64,000 nt of DNA from Gemmatimonadota bacterium (GTDB lineage Bacteria > Gemmatimonadota > Gemmatimonadetes > Palauibacterales > Palauibacteraceae). Of this stretch, positions 10,900 through 20,027 are shown piece after piece. Position 1 is the stretch's first letter; each line of letters starts with the position of its first letter. The DNA lies in the NCBI GenBank assembly GCA_965116475.1, contig OZ220691.1:2528001-2592000 (forward strand), written 5' to 3'. Made by a program: the position numbers and the translations under genes. The notes beneath the pieces are model-generated. The model saw nothing but the letters and a program-made list of their open reading frames with translations, had not been told where the DNA came from and did not search any database.

Positions 10900-12627
10900 A
10901 TGAACAGGAAGTTGACACTGCCGGCCGTCACGCTGGCCCTCGGAATCGGTTTTTCGGGCTGCGACCTTCAGGTCGCCAACCCGAACGAGCCGGACCGGGC
11001 GCGCGCGCTGGCGAGCCCGGATGACGTCGAATCGCTCATCGCCAGTTCCTATCAGCAGGTCTGGGCGATGGGTCACTACTGGAACAACGCGAACTTTTCC
11101 TTCAACCACATGTCGAGCCGGCACACGGCGACGTGGGGCAACAACGGCCAGAACGACCTCGGCCGGGAGCCCCGGGAACCGATGCCGAACTCGACCTCCT
11201 ATCGCTGGTCGTACGTGTTCTCGGAGCACTGGAACGACGCCTATGGAGGGATCGCGGCGGCGTCCGACGGAATCCGGGCCATCGACGAGGGTCTGGAGAT
11301 CGGGCCGGGCGGCGAGCGGAACGCGCGGGCGCGCGCCTTCGCCCTCTCCAGCCAGGCGATGCTGAGTTGCCTGCTCGCGTTGTGGTACGACCAGGCCTTC
11401 ATCGTCGACGAGACGACCGATCTCACGGGCGAACTCGAGACGGTCGACTACAACAGCATGTTCAGCTACGCGATGGGCAAGCTGAACGAGGCGGAGTCCG
11501 CCGTGCGGGCGACTTCGTTCTCGCTCCCGGACACCTGGATCAACGGGAACGCCTGGGACAACAACCAGTTCGCCGATTATCTGGTCGGCTGGAAGGCGCG
11601 CTGCGCGGCGAACCTGCCCAGAACGGATGCGGAGGCGGCGGGGGTCAACTGGAGCCAGGTCATCTCCGACGCCCGGGCCGGCATCCAGGATGTCGTCGTG
11701 GTGGGCGAAGACCGCTCGTCCGACACGGCCTGGTATGACGACCTGAAGGCCAAGGCCCAGCAGAACGGAACTTGGCACCGGATGCACATGGACTGGGCGG
11801 GCATGGCGGACCAGAGCGGGCAGTACCAGGACTGGCTCACCTTCGAGACCTCGAAGCGGACGGCGCGCAAGATGGACTTCGGGGATGACCGGCGTTACCC
11901 CGCGGCGAACGAAGACGGGACGCTGGGCGAGAGCGTGAGTCCCACGGCCGCTTCGATGGGTCCGATCCACCGCTACAACGCGAACATCATCTTCATCGCC
12001 TCGCGCGGGACGTACCGGCAGTCGCACTACGGAGATGCGCGGTACGACCACTACACCCTGAGCTGCAACTTCTGCGAGTCCGGGGACATGGAGGAGATGA
12101 CGAGCCAGGAGATGGACCACTACGTCGCGGAAGGCCTGTACCGGATGGGCGACTTCGCGGGGGCGGCGGACATCATCAACGTGACGCGGATGCAGGCCGG
12201 GCTGCCGCCGGCGCCGTCGAATCCGACGGATGCGGTGCCCTCCAACGCGAACGGCGAGTGCACGCCGCGCAAGCGGTACGACGTGCAGGGGCGTTGCGGC
12301 AATCTGCGGGACGCGATGTGGTTCGAGCACTTCGAGAACGTGTTCAACGTGTTCGGCGGGCTCGAGCACTGGCACGGGCGACGCAACGACATCCTGCCGG
12401 CGGGCACGGCGCTGCACCTGCCGATGCCGGCCGCGGATCTGGAGGTGTTGCAGCGGGACATCTACACCTTCGGCGGGAGCGCGGGTGGTGCGGCCGGTAA
12501 TCCGACGCCCCCTTCGATCGTTCCCGGCAGCCTCGACTCGGCGCTGGAGAGGGCGGCTTTCACGCTGCATCGGCTCCAGCGGCAGCAGAAAGCCGCACGG
12601 GCCAGCGAGGAGCTGATCGTGCGCTGA
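10900..12627 (+). CDS. SusD/RagB-like lipoprotein, copy 2
   Basis: Lipobox FSGC; paralog of 5462..7186; RBS GGAGGGG. Confidence 0.88.
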   Translation: MNRKLTLPAVTLALGIGFSGCDLQVANPNEPDRARALASPDDVESLIASSYQQVWAMGHYWNNANFSFNHMSSRHTATWGNNGQNDLGREPREPMPNSTSYRWSYVFSEHWNDAYGGIAAASDGIRAIDEGLEIGPGGERNARARAFALSSQAMLSCLLALWYDQAFIVDETTDLTGELETVDYNSMFSYAMGKLNEAESAVRATSFSLPDTWINGNAWDNNQFADYLVGWKARCAANLPRTDAEAAGVNWSQVISDARAGIQDVVVVGEDRSSDTAWYDDLKAKAQQNGTWHRMHMDWAGMADQSGQYQDWLTFETSKRTARKMDFGDDRRYPAANEDGTLGESVSPTAASMGPIHRYNANIIFIASRGTYRQSHYGDARYDHYTLSCNFCESGDMEEMTSQEMDHYVAEGLYRMGDFAGAADIINVTRMQAGLPPAPSNPTDAVPSNANGECTPRKRYDVQGRCGNLRDAMWFEHFENVFNVFGGLEHWHGRRNDILPAGTALHLPMPAADLEVLQRDIYTFGGSAGGAAGNPTPPSIVPGSLDSALERAAFTLHRLQRQQKAARASEELIVR

Positions 12628-12635
12628 TATGAAAC

Positions 12636-12667
12636 GACCGGGGGGCGGCAGCGGGCGCCTCCCGGTC
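12636..12667 (+). terminator. GC-rich hairpin after SusD copy 2 (weak terminator or stability element)
   Basis: GACCGGGG-GGCG / CGCC-TCCCGGTC, followed by TGATTTC (poor U-tract). Confidence 0.45.
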
Positions 12668-12734
12668 TGATTTCGGATAAAGGACGGTTCGTATACGAAG
12701 CACAACGGATCTGGCTGCTACAGGAGGGTGATCC

Positions 12735-15700
12735 ATGTTGCACAAGTTGTCAGGACGGCGGAGGCGCGCGAGCGCGCTGGCCGCCACGGCAGTGAGCGCC
12801 TGGCTCTTTATCGGCGCGGCCCCGCTGCTCGCTCAGGGAGCGGTCTCGGGGACAGTGACCGATGCGGAGTCGCTGGCCCCGGTGGCCGGCGCGCAGGTGT
12901 TCGTTGCGGGAACGGTGATCGGTACGCTGTCGGGTCCCGAGGGCACGTACCGGCTGGAGGGGGTGCCGGCGGGCGAGCAGACCGTGACGGTCCGCCTGAT
13001 CGGCTACCACGAGTTGTCGCAGACGGTGACGGTGGCGTCGGGCCAGGTGGCGACGGCGGACTTCGCCGTGGAGCAGACGGCCTTGCGTCTTCAGGACATC
13101 GTCGTGACGGGAGTGGTGGGCGAGACGCCACAGGTGAAGCTCCCGTTCACGGTGGAGCGGCTGTCGGCGCAGGACCTGCCGGTCCCGGCGGCGGACGCCT
13201 CCTCGCTGCTGGCGGGGAAAGCGGCCGGTGTCTCGGTCATCTCCGCCTCGGGTCAACCCGGCCAGCCGGCCTCGATCATGCTGCGCGGTCCGACCTCGAT
13301 CAACGCGGCCGGCCGGAGCACGTCGCCGCTCATCGTGATCGACGGCGTGATCCAGTCCGAAGGCGCGTCGCTCTCGGACGTAGGCGCGCTGGACATCGAC
13401 CACGTGGAGATCGTGAAGGGCGCGGCGGCGGCGTCGCTGTACGGTTCGCGGGCGCAGAACGGCGTGATCGAGATCACGACGAAGCGCGGCACGGGCCTGC
13501 AGACGAACTCGCTGAACGTCCTCACGCGCGGCGAGTACGGCCTCGGCCAGCTCGTCGGTGACATCGGTCTCGTGCGGTCCCATCCGTACACGATGAACGC
13601 GTCGGGAACGAAGTTCATCGACTCGCAGGGCAGCGAGGTCGACTTCCGCGACCTCAACCGACAGGGCTTCGGCTCAGCGCTGCTCTACAACCAGATCGAC
13701 ATCGGCGAGCCGGGAACCACGCAGACGGCGTTCGCGAACCAGGCCTTCCCGGGCGAACTGTTCGACCACATGGACACGTTCTTCGATCCCGGCGAGACGA
13801 TGGACATCTACGGTGCGGTCACCGGCCGGTTCGGCGAATCGAGCTTCCGGGTGAGCGTGGACCAGTTCCGCGAGGCCGGGGTCGTGAGTTGCTCGCAGTG
13901 CATCGACAACCTCGCCACGCTGAACGCAGACCGCGTGGCGCAGGGCCTGTCGGCCTTCGACGTCGGCGTTCCCGACGACGAAGGGTTCGAACGCCAGAAC
14001 GTCCGCCTGAACGTCGACACGCGCTTCGGCGACCTCGACATCGCGGCGAGCGGTTTCTATTCCCGCTCCGACCAGGATGACAAGGCGGTCACGACGGGCG
14101 CCTTCTCGCGGCTGACCTTCATGTCGCCGGCGATCGAGTTGACCGGCGTTTCGGCGTTCGACGGCTATCCCGACATCGACGCGGATCCGCAGTCGATCGA
14201 AGCGAATCCGCTCTATCTGCTCGCGGTGAACAACAGCCGGGACAAGCGGACGCGGTCCATGGGGTCCGTGGACCTCAACTTCTCGCCGGCGGCCGTCGAC
14301 TGGCTGACGCTCGAGGCGAACGCCTCGTTCGACCGGACGGACTTCCGGGACTACACGATCCGGCCCAAGAACGAGCGGACATCGAGCGCCAGCGGCACGG
14401 GAGAACTCACCGGCGGCAGCCTGCGCGAGTTCAACTTCACCGATGAGGCGATCAACGCTTCCGTGACGCTCGGCGCGAGCCAGACGTTCATGGACGGCGA
14501 CGTCACGGTGCGGGGGAAGGCCCGCTACCTGATCGAGGACCAGCGCTTCAAGTCGAATGGCGTATTCGGCAGCCGGTTCTCGGTGCAGGACGTGCCGAAC
14601 TTCGGCGCCATCATCGGTGAGACAAGCGGAAACAACCAGGCCCGCTCGATCAAGGCGGAGGGTCTGTTCGGGATCGCGAGCGTCGACTACCAGGGCAAGT
14701 ACATCCTGGACGGCCTGATTCGGCGCGACGGATCCTCGCTGTTCGGGCCCGATGAGCGGTGGCAGACCTACTACCGCGGCTCGGTCGCGTGGCGCGTGGC
14801 GCAGGAGGACTTCTGGAACATCGACGCGATCGATGAACTGAAACTGCGCTTCTCGCTCGGTACGGCCGGCGGCCGGCCGAACTTCTACGCCCAGTACGAG
14901 ACGTTCGGCGTCGCGCAGGGCGCGATCTTCCCGATCAACCTCGGGAACCGCGCGCTGAAGCCGGAGTTCACGACGGAGCGCGAAGCGGGGATCAACCTGG
15001 TGTTCTTCGCGAACCTCGGCCTCGATCTGACGTACGCCTGGCAGACGACGGACGACCAGTTGCTGCAGGTTCCCCAGGCGGCGTTCGTCGGCTTCTCGAA
15101 CCAGTGGCAGAACGCGGGCGAGATATCGGCACAGACGTACGAGGTCTCGCTGCGCTATGCCGCGATCGATACGCAGGACATGGGCCTGCAGTTCCGGCTG
15201 AACTGGGACAAGACCCGGCAGGAGATCACGCGCCTGGACGTTCCCGATTACACAGTGTCGACGTACTACGTCTCCGAAGGGCGTCCGCTGGGCGAGATGT
15301 GGGGCGAAGTCCTGGCCACAAGCTGTGCGGACCTGGCGCCGGTCGGCGTGTCGGCTTCCGACTGCAACGCCAACTTCCAGGTCAACGACGACGGCCTGCT
15401 CGTGTACACGGGCGGTGCCGCCTACACGGAAGGGTTCAGCAAGAAGCTGTGGGGCACGACGGGCCAGGTGGCCACGGACGACGGTGGAACGCGCAACTAC
15501 CACTGGGGGCACCCCTTCTACGTTGAAGACTACTCGCCGGCGTGCATCGCCAAGAATCCGGGCGACTACGAGGAGAAGTGCCGGCTGACGGACTTCCTCC
15601 CCTTCGGGAACACCACGCCGGACTTCAGTGCCTCGTTCGCCACGAACTTCCGCTACCGGAACCTCAGCCTGAACGCGCTGCTCGAGTCGTCGGTGGGTCA

Positions 15701-16118
15701 CTCGATCTACAACAACACGGCGCAGTGGGCGCTGCGCGAGTTGCGCGGCGAGGACGTGGACCAGACGGGCAAGCCGCTCGAGCTGAACAAGCCGACGGGC
15801 TACGCCTCGGTCATCTACAACGTCGGGTCGGACAACTCCTGGTTCCGCGAGGACGGCACGTGGCTCAAGGTCCGCGAACTGTCCCTCGGTTACACGCTGC
15901 CGGAGTCCTTCGCCTCGGCGGTGTTCGGTAACGTGTTCGAGCGGGTCACGCTGAGCGCCATCGGGCGCAACCTGTTCACGTTCACCGAGTACCGCGGCTA
16001 CGATCCCGAAGTCGGCCGGGATGGCGGGGAGGTCGGGAGCGCGACCTTGAACCGCTACGACAGCTTCGGTTATCCGAACTTCCGGACGTTCACTTTCTCG
16101 GCGGAACTCGTCTTCTGA
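12735..16118 (+). CDS. SusC/RagA-family TonB-dependent receptor, copy 3
   Basis: Colinear paralog of copies 1 and 2; RBS AGGAGG. Confidence 0.95.
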   Translation: MLHKLSGRRRRASALAATAVSAWLFIGAAPLLAQGAVSGTVTDAESLAPVAGAQVFVAGTVIGTLSGPEGTYRLEGVPAGEQTVTVRLIGYHELSQTVTVASGQVATADFAVEQTALRLQDIVVTGVVGETPQVKLPFTVERLSAQDLPVPAADASSLLAGKAAGVSVISASGQPGQPASIMLRGPTSINAAGRSTSPLIVIDGVIQSEGASLSDVGALDIDHVEIVKGAAAASLYGSRAQNGVIEITTKRGTGLQTNSLNVLTRGEYGLGQLVGDIGLVRSHPYTMNASGTKFIDSQGSEVDFRDLNRQGFGSALLYNQIDIGEPGTTQTAFANQAFPGELFDHMDTFFDPGETMDIYGAVTGRFGESSFRVSVDQFREAGVVSCSQCIDNLATLNADRVAQGLSAFDVGVPDDEGFERQNVRLNVDTRFGDLDIAASGFYSRSDQDDKAVTTGAFSRLTFMSPAIELTGVSAFDGYPDIDADPQSIEANPLYLLAVNNSRDKRTRSMGSVDLNFSPAAVDWLTLEANASFDRTDFRDYTIRPKNERTSSASGTGELTGGSLREFNFTDEAINASVTLGASQTFMDGDVTVRGKARYLIEDQRFKSNGVFGSRFSVQDVPNFGAIIGETSGNNQARSIKAEGLFGIASVDYQGKYILDGLIRRDGSSLFGPDERWQTYYRGSVAWRVAQEDFWNIDAIDELKLRFSLGTAGGRPNFYAQYETFGVAQGAIFPINLGNRALKPEFTTEREAGINLVFFANLGLDLTYAWQTTDDQLLQVPQAAFVGFSNQWQNAGEISAQTYEVSLRYAAIDTQDMGLQFRLNWDKTRQEITRLDVPDYTVSTYYVSEGRPLGEMWGEVLATSCADLAPVGVSASDCNANFQVNDDGLLVYTGGAAYTEGFSKKLWGTTGQVATDDGGTRNYHWGHPFYVEDYSPACIAKNPGDYEEKCRLTDFLPFGNTTPDFSASFATNFRYRNLSLNALLESSVGHSIYNNTAQWALRELRGEDVDQTGKPLELNKPTGYASVIYNVGSDNSWFREDGTWLKVRELSLGYTLPESFASAVFGNVFERVTLSAIGRNLFTFTEYRGYDPEVGRDGGEVGSATLNRYDSFGYPNFRTFTFSAELVF

Positions 16119-16172
16119 TGCCCCTCCGGGAACGGGGGTCGGATGGACATGGATTTGAGTAATGGAGGGGTC

Positions 16173-17906
16173 ATGAAAAGGAAGCTGACGCTGCCTGCCA
16201 TCGCGCTGGCGCTGACGGTCGGCTTTACGGGTTGCGATCTGCAGGTCGACAACCCGAACGAGCCGGACAGAGCGCGTGCGCTGGCGGGCCCGGACGATGT
16301 GGAGACGCTCATCGCGAGCTCCTACCTCAAGGTCTGGGAAATCGGGCACTACTGGAACAACGCGAACTTCGCCTTCAACCACATGTCGAGTCGTCACACG
16401 GCGACCTGGGGCAACATGGGGATGAACGACCTCGGTCGTGAACCCCGCGAACCGCTGCCGAACTCGGCCTCGTACAGTCCCTCGTACATCTTCGAGGCGA
16501 ACTGGGGTGATGCCTACGGTGGCATCTCGGCGGCCTCGGATGGGATACGGGCCATCGATGAGGGTCTGGAAATCGGCCCCGGCGGCGAGCGCAACGTACG
16601 CGCTCGCACGTTCGCGATGGCCAGTCAGGCCATCCTGAACTGCCTGCTCGCGCTGTGGTACGATCAGGCCTTCATCGTCGACGAAACCGTGGATCTCACC
16701 GGTGAGCTGGAGACCGTCGACTACAACGCCGTGTACCAGTACGCCATGAACAGGCTGGATGAGGCCGAGGCGGCGGCGCGATCGTCCTCGTTCACGCTCC
16801 CCGAGACGTGGATCAACGGGAACCCCTGGGACAACAACCAGTTCGCGGACTATCTCGTGAGCTGGAAGGCGCGCTGCGCGGCGAACCTGCCGCGAACGGA
16901 TGCGGAAGCCGCGGGCGTGAACTGGAGCAAGGTCATCTCGGACGCCGAGAACGGCATACGCGAACTCGTCGCCATCGGCGAGGACCGTTCTTCCGGAACT
17001 CCATGGTGGAGCGGCATCAAGATCTTCATGCAGGAAAACCGGACCTGGCACCGCATGCACATGGACTGGGTCGGCATGGCGGACCAGAGTGGCCAGTACC
17101 AGGACTGGCTCACGTTCCCCACGGAACAGCGGACGGCGCGCGAGATGACGTTCGGCGACGACAAGCGGTTCCCGGCCGTGAACGAGCACGGCACGCTCGG
17201 TGAACCCGTGAGCCCATCGGCCGCCTCGTACGGTCCGCGCCACAGGTACAACGCCACGATCATCTTCCGGCCGGAGCGCGGGACGTACCGGCAGTCGCAC
17301 TACGGCGACTCGCGGTACGACGACTACACGCTGAGTTGCAGCCGGTGCGAGTTCGGCGCGATGGAGTCCATGACGCACCAGGAGATGGACGCGTACGTCG
17401 CGGAAGCGCACTACCGCATGGGCAATTTCGGGGCCGCCGCGGACATCGTGAACAAGACGCGCATGGAGGCGGGCCTGCCGCCCGCGCCGTCGAACCCGAC
17501 GGATGCGGTGCCGTCGAACGCGGATGGGGAGTGCACGCCGCGGAAGCGGTACGACGTGCAGGGACGCTGCGGCAACCTGCGCGATGCCATGTGGTTCGAG
17601 CACTTCGAGAACGTGTTCAACGTGTTCGGCGGACTCGAGTTCTGGCATGGTCGGCGCAATAACATCCTGCCGGCGGGGAGTGCGCTGCAGTTGCCGATCC
17701 CGGCCGCGGATCTCGAGGTCCTGCAGCGGGACATCTACACGTTCGGTGGGGGAGAGCCGAGTTCGGCCGGGAACCCGATTCCACCGGCCATCGTGCCGAG
17801 CAGTCTCGACGCTGCCCTGCAGCGTGCGGCGTACTCGCTGGAACGCATCCAGAGGAGCCTCGCCGCCGAGACGCGGGCGGCCAACGCCGATCTCGTGGTG
17901 CGTTAG
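16173..17906 (+). CDS. SusD/RagB-like lipoprotein, copy 3
   Basis: Lipobox FTGC; start set at MKRKLTLP by homology with copies 1 and 2 and by RBS GGAGGGG. Confidence 0.88.
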   Translation: MKRKLTLPAIALALTVGFTGCDLQVDNPNEPDRARALAGPDDVETLIASSYLKVWEIGHYWNNANFAFNHMSSRHTATWGNMGMNDLGREPREPLPNSASYSPSYIFEANWGDAYGGISAASDGIRAIDEGLEIGPGGERNVRARTFAMASQAILNCLLALWYDQAFIVDETVDLTGELETVDYNAVYQYAMNRLDEAEAAARSSSFTLPETWINGNPWDNNQFADYLVSWKARCAANLPRTDAEAAGVNWSKVISDAENGIRELVAIGEDRSSGTPWWSGIKIFMQENRTWHRMHMDWVGMADQSGQYQDWLTFPTEQRTAREMTFGDDKRFPAVNEHGTLGEPVSPSAASYGPRHRYNATIIFRPERGTYRQSHYGDSRYDDYTLSCSRCEFGAMESMTHQEMDAYVAEAHYRMGNFGAAADIVNKTRMEAGLPPAPSNPTDAVPSNADGECTPRKRYDVQGRCGNLRDAMWFEHFENVFNVFGGLEFWHGRRNNILPAGSALQLPIPAADLEVLQRDIYTFGGGEPSSAGNPIPPAIVPSSLDAALQRAAYSLERIQRSLAAETRAANADLVVR

Positions 17907-17959
17907 CGGTCCGGCGGAGCGTCCCGTCCCGGGTGCCTGCGGGCCAACTCGGGTTTGCG

Positions 17960-17994
17960 GAAGAGGCCACCGGGTTTGTCCCGGTGGCCTCTTC
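17960..17994 (+). terminator. Terminator hairpin closing the SusC/SusD array
   Basis: Perfect 15-bp stem GAAGAGGCCACCGGG / CCCGGTGGCCTCTTC with loop TTTGT. Confidence 0.75.
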
Positions 17995-18122
17995 GCGTTC
18001 GGGATCGGGAAGTGTCAGAAAACGCGGACTTCGGACGTTTCCTCGTTGTGTGGCGGTCATCCGCCACGCTGGTGTAACTTCCGTCTACGAAGACGGTCCC
18101 AAGCGAGAATACAGAGGCGTAC

Positions 18123-18323
18123 ATGAGACTGAGAGCCACGCACTTCCTGGCGACATGCGCCGTCCTGATCGGTCTGGTCGGTGTGTCCGCGACCGGGTGT
18201 TTGGATCTCACCGTCGGGCCCACGGTTCCGGCCGTCGACTCGACGGAGGACACCGCACTCGATGAGCCGGGCAACACGAATCCGGGCAACAGCATCGTCC
18301 CGGCCCTCCCGGAGAGCCGCTAG
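18123..18323 (+). CDS. Small putative lipoprotein (66 aa)
   Basis: Basic N-terminus, hydrophobic stretch, SATG-C lipobox, GAGG upstream; fills the gap before folK. Confidence 0.55.
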   Translation: MRLRATHFLATCAVLIGLVGVSATGCLDLTVGPTVPAVDSTEDTALDEPGNTNPGNSIVPALPESR

Positions 18324-18345
18324 CCGTCCGGGCGCCCGGCGCGCC

Positions 18346-18903
18346 TTGACGGGGCCCGGCGGACCATCCGCCGCCGTCGATGCCTCGCTGCGGGCCGTGG
18401 CCCTGGGGATGGGATCGAATCTGGGCGCTCGCATCGACCACCTGCGCGCCGCCGCGGGGCGCCTGGCGAAGTCGGTGCTGGTTGAGCCCCGGTTCTCCAG
18501 GGTCTATGAGACGGCGCCCGCGTACGGTCTGGACCAGCCCGCCTACCTGAACGCCTGTTGCGTCGGCTGGACCCGTCTCGGGCCCGACGCCCTGCTCGCC
18601 TCGCTCAAGGACCTCGAGTCGCAGGCGGGCCGCGATCTCGACGCGCCGAGATACTCCTCCCGCCCGCTCGATCTCGATATCCTTCTCTACGCGAACGAAG
18701 TCGTCGAGACACCGCACCTCGCGATTCCGCACGCCGCGCTCGCGGAGCGGGCCTTCGTGCTCCTTCCGCTGGCGGAGGTCGCCGGCGCCTGGCGGCATCC
18801 CGCGCTCCGGCGCTCGATCGCGGAGTTGGCGGCTGCTGTGGACCCGATGGGCGTCACGGTCACGGAGCTGTGCCTGACGGAGGCTGCCGATGGAGGCTCA
18901 TGA
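18346..18903 (+). CDS. folK: 2-amino-4-hydroxy-6-hydroxymethyldihydropteridine diphosphokinase
   Basis: ALGMGSNLG, YETAP, YLNAC, RPLDLDILLY, IPH, ERAFVLLPL. Start uncertain (TTG 18346 or GTG 18397). Confidence 0.93.
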   Translation: MTGPGGPSAAVDASLRAVALGMGSNLGARIDHLRAAAGRLAKSVLVEPRFSRVYETAPAYGLDQPAYLNACCVGWTRLGPDALLASLKDLESQAGRDLDAPRYSSRPLDLDILLYANEVVETPHLAIPHAALAERAFVLLPLAEVAGAWRHPALRRSIAELAAAVDPMGVTVTELCLTEAADGGS

Positions 18904-20027
18904 GCCGTAGGACGCTGGAGGTCCGGACCGCGGGGGGCGGGAGCTACCCGATTCACATCGAACCGGGCCTGCTCGGCGACGCGGCGTCCGTCTGCCGGGA
19001 GTACGCGCCGGCGCACCGATACGCCGTGATCGCGGATTCGCAGGTCGCGCGGCTCTACGGCGCCGGTGTCGTCTCCCGCCTGGAGGATGCCGGCCTCGCC
19101 GCCGCTCTGTTCCCGTTTCCGGCGGGCGAGTGGAACAAGAACCGGGAGCAGTGGGCCGCATTGAGCGATCGCATGCTTCACGCGCGCTTCGGTCGCGACT
19201 CGGCCGTCGTCGCCCTCGGAGGCGGGGTCGCGGGCGATCTGGCCGGTTTCGTCGCGGCCACGTACATGCGCGGCCTTCCCGTCATTCAGATTCCCACGAC
19301 GCTCCTGGCCATGCTGGACAGTTCCGTGGGTGGAAAGACGGGGGTGGACACCGAGGCGGGGAAGAACCTGATCGGGGCGTTCCATCACCCATCGGCCGTG
19401 CTCGTCGATCCTGCCGTGCTCGAGACACTGCCGCGGCACCAGCGCTGCGCCGGGCTGGCGGAGGCCGTGAAGACGGCGGCGATTCTCGATGTGGAACTCT
19501 GGGATTGGATGGTGCGGGGGTCTTCGGCGCTGTCGAGCGGCGACCCGGAGGCATCGTCGGAGCTCATCGAGCGCGTCGTGCGGCACAAGGCGGCGGTCGT
19601 CGGCGACGACCCGCTGGAACGCGGCCGCCGCGAGATCCTGAATTTCGGACACACCGTCGGCCACGCGCTGGAAGCTCTCGAGGGCTACAAGCTCCTCCAC
19701 GGCGAGGCCGTCGCCGCGGGCATGCGCGTCGAATCGCGTCTCGGAGAACTGCTCGGGATCACCGAGCGCGGCACCTCCGAACAACTCGCCGTACTGCTGG
19801 AGGCGTGCGGGCTCGGCGGCGACTGGGAGACGGACCGCCAGCCAACCGAGATTCGCGAAGCGATGTCGAAGGACAAGAAGGCACGTCTGGACCGGATCCG
19901 CTGCGTGTTCCTGTCGCGCCTCGGCGAAGTAGCCACCGACGCGGAGGGGCGACACAGCTTCGGTCTCGGCGAGGAAGACCTCGGACAACCTCTCGCGACG
20001 GCTTTACGGCCGGCCCCGGGGGGTTGA
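18900..20027 (+). CDS. aroB: 3-dehydroquinate synthase
   Basis: GGGVAGDLAGF, PTTLLAMLDSSVGGKTG, KNLIGAFH, LNFGHTVGHALE, LHGEAVA; ATGA overlap with folK. Confidence 0.96.
   Translation: MSRRTLEVRTAGGGSYPIHIEPGLLGDAASVCREYAPAHRYAVIADSQVARLYGAGVVSRLEDAGLAAALFPFPAGEWNKNREQWAALSDRMLHARFGRDSAVVALGGGVAGDLAGFVAATYMRGLPVIQIPTTLLAMLDSSVGGKTGVDTEAGKNLIGAFHHPSAVLVDPAVLETLPRHQRCAGLAEAVKTAAILDVELWDWMVRGSSALSSGDPEASSELIERVVRHKAAVVGDDPLERGRREILNFGHTVGHALEALEGYKLLHGEAVAAGMRVESRLGELLGITERGTSEQLAVLLEACGLGGDWETDRQPTEIREAMSKDKKARLDRIRCVFLSRLGEVATDAEGRHSFGLGEEDLGQPLATALRPAPGG

Noticed and set aside
13674..17648. Very long antisense ORFs (1324 aa here; also 2515..5028, 8036..10417, 48881..52345 and others)
   Set aside because: Shadows of well-supported genes in high-GC DNA, with no recognisable motifs.
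1981..17906. Shufflon, invertible locus or DGR acting on the susC/susD copies
   Set aside because: All copies are direct, intact and have their own RBS; no recombinase, flanking inverted repeats, reverse transcriptase or adenine-specific TR/VR pair was seen.
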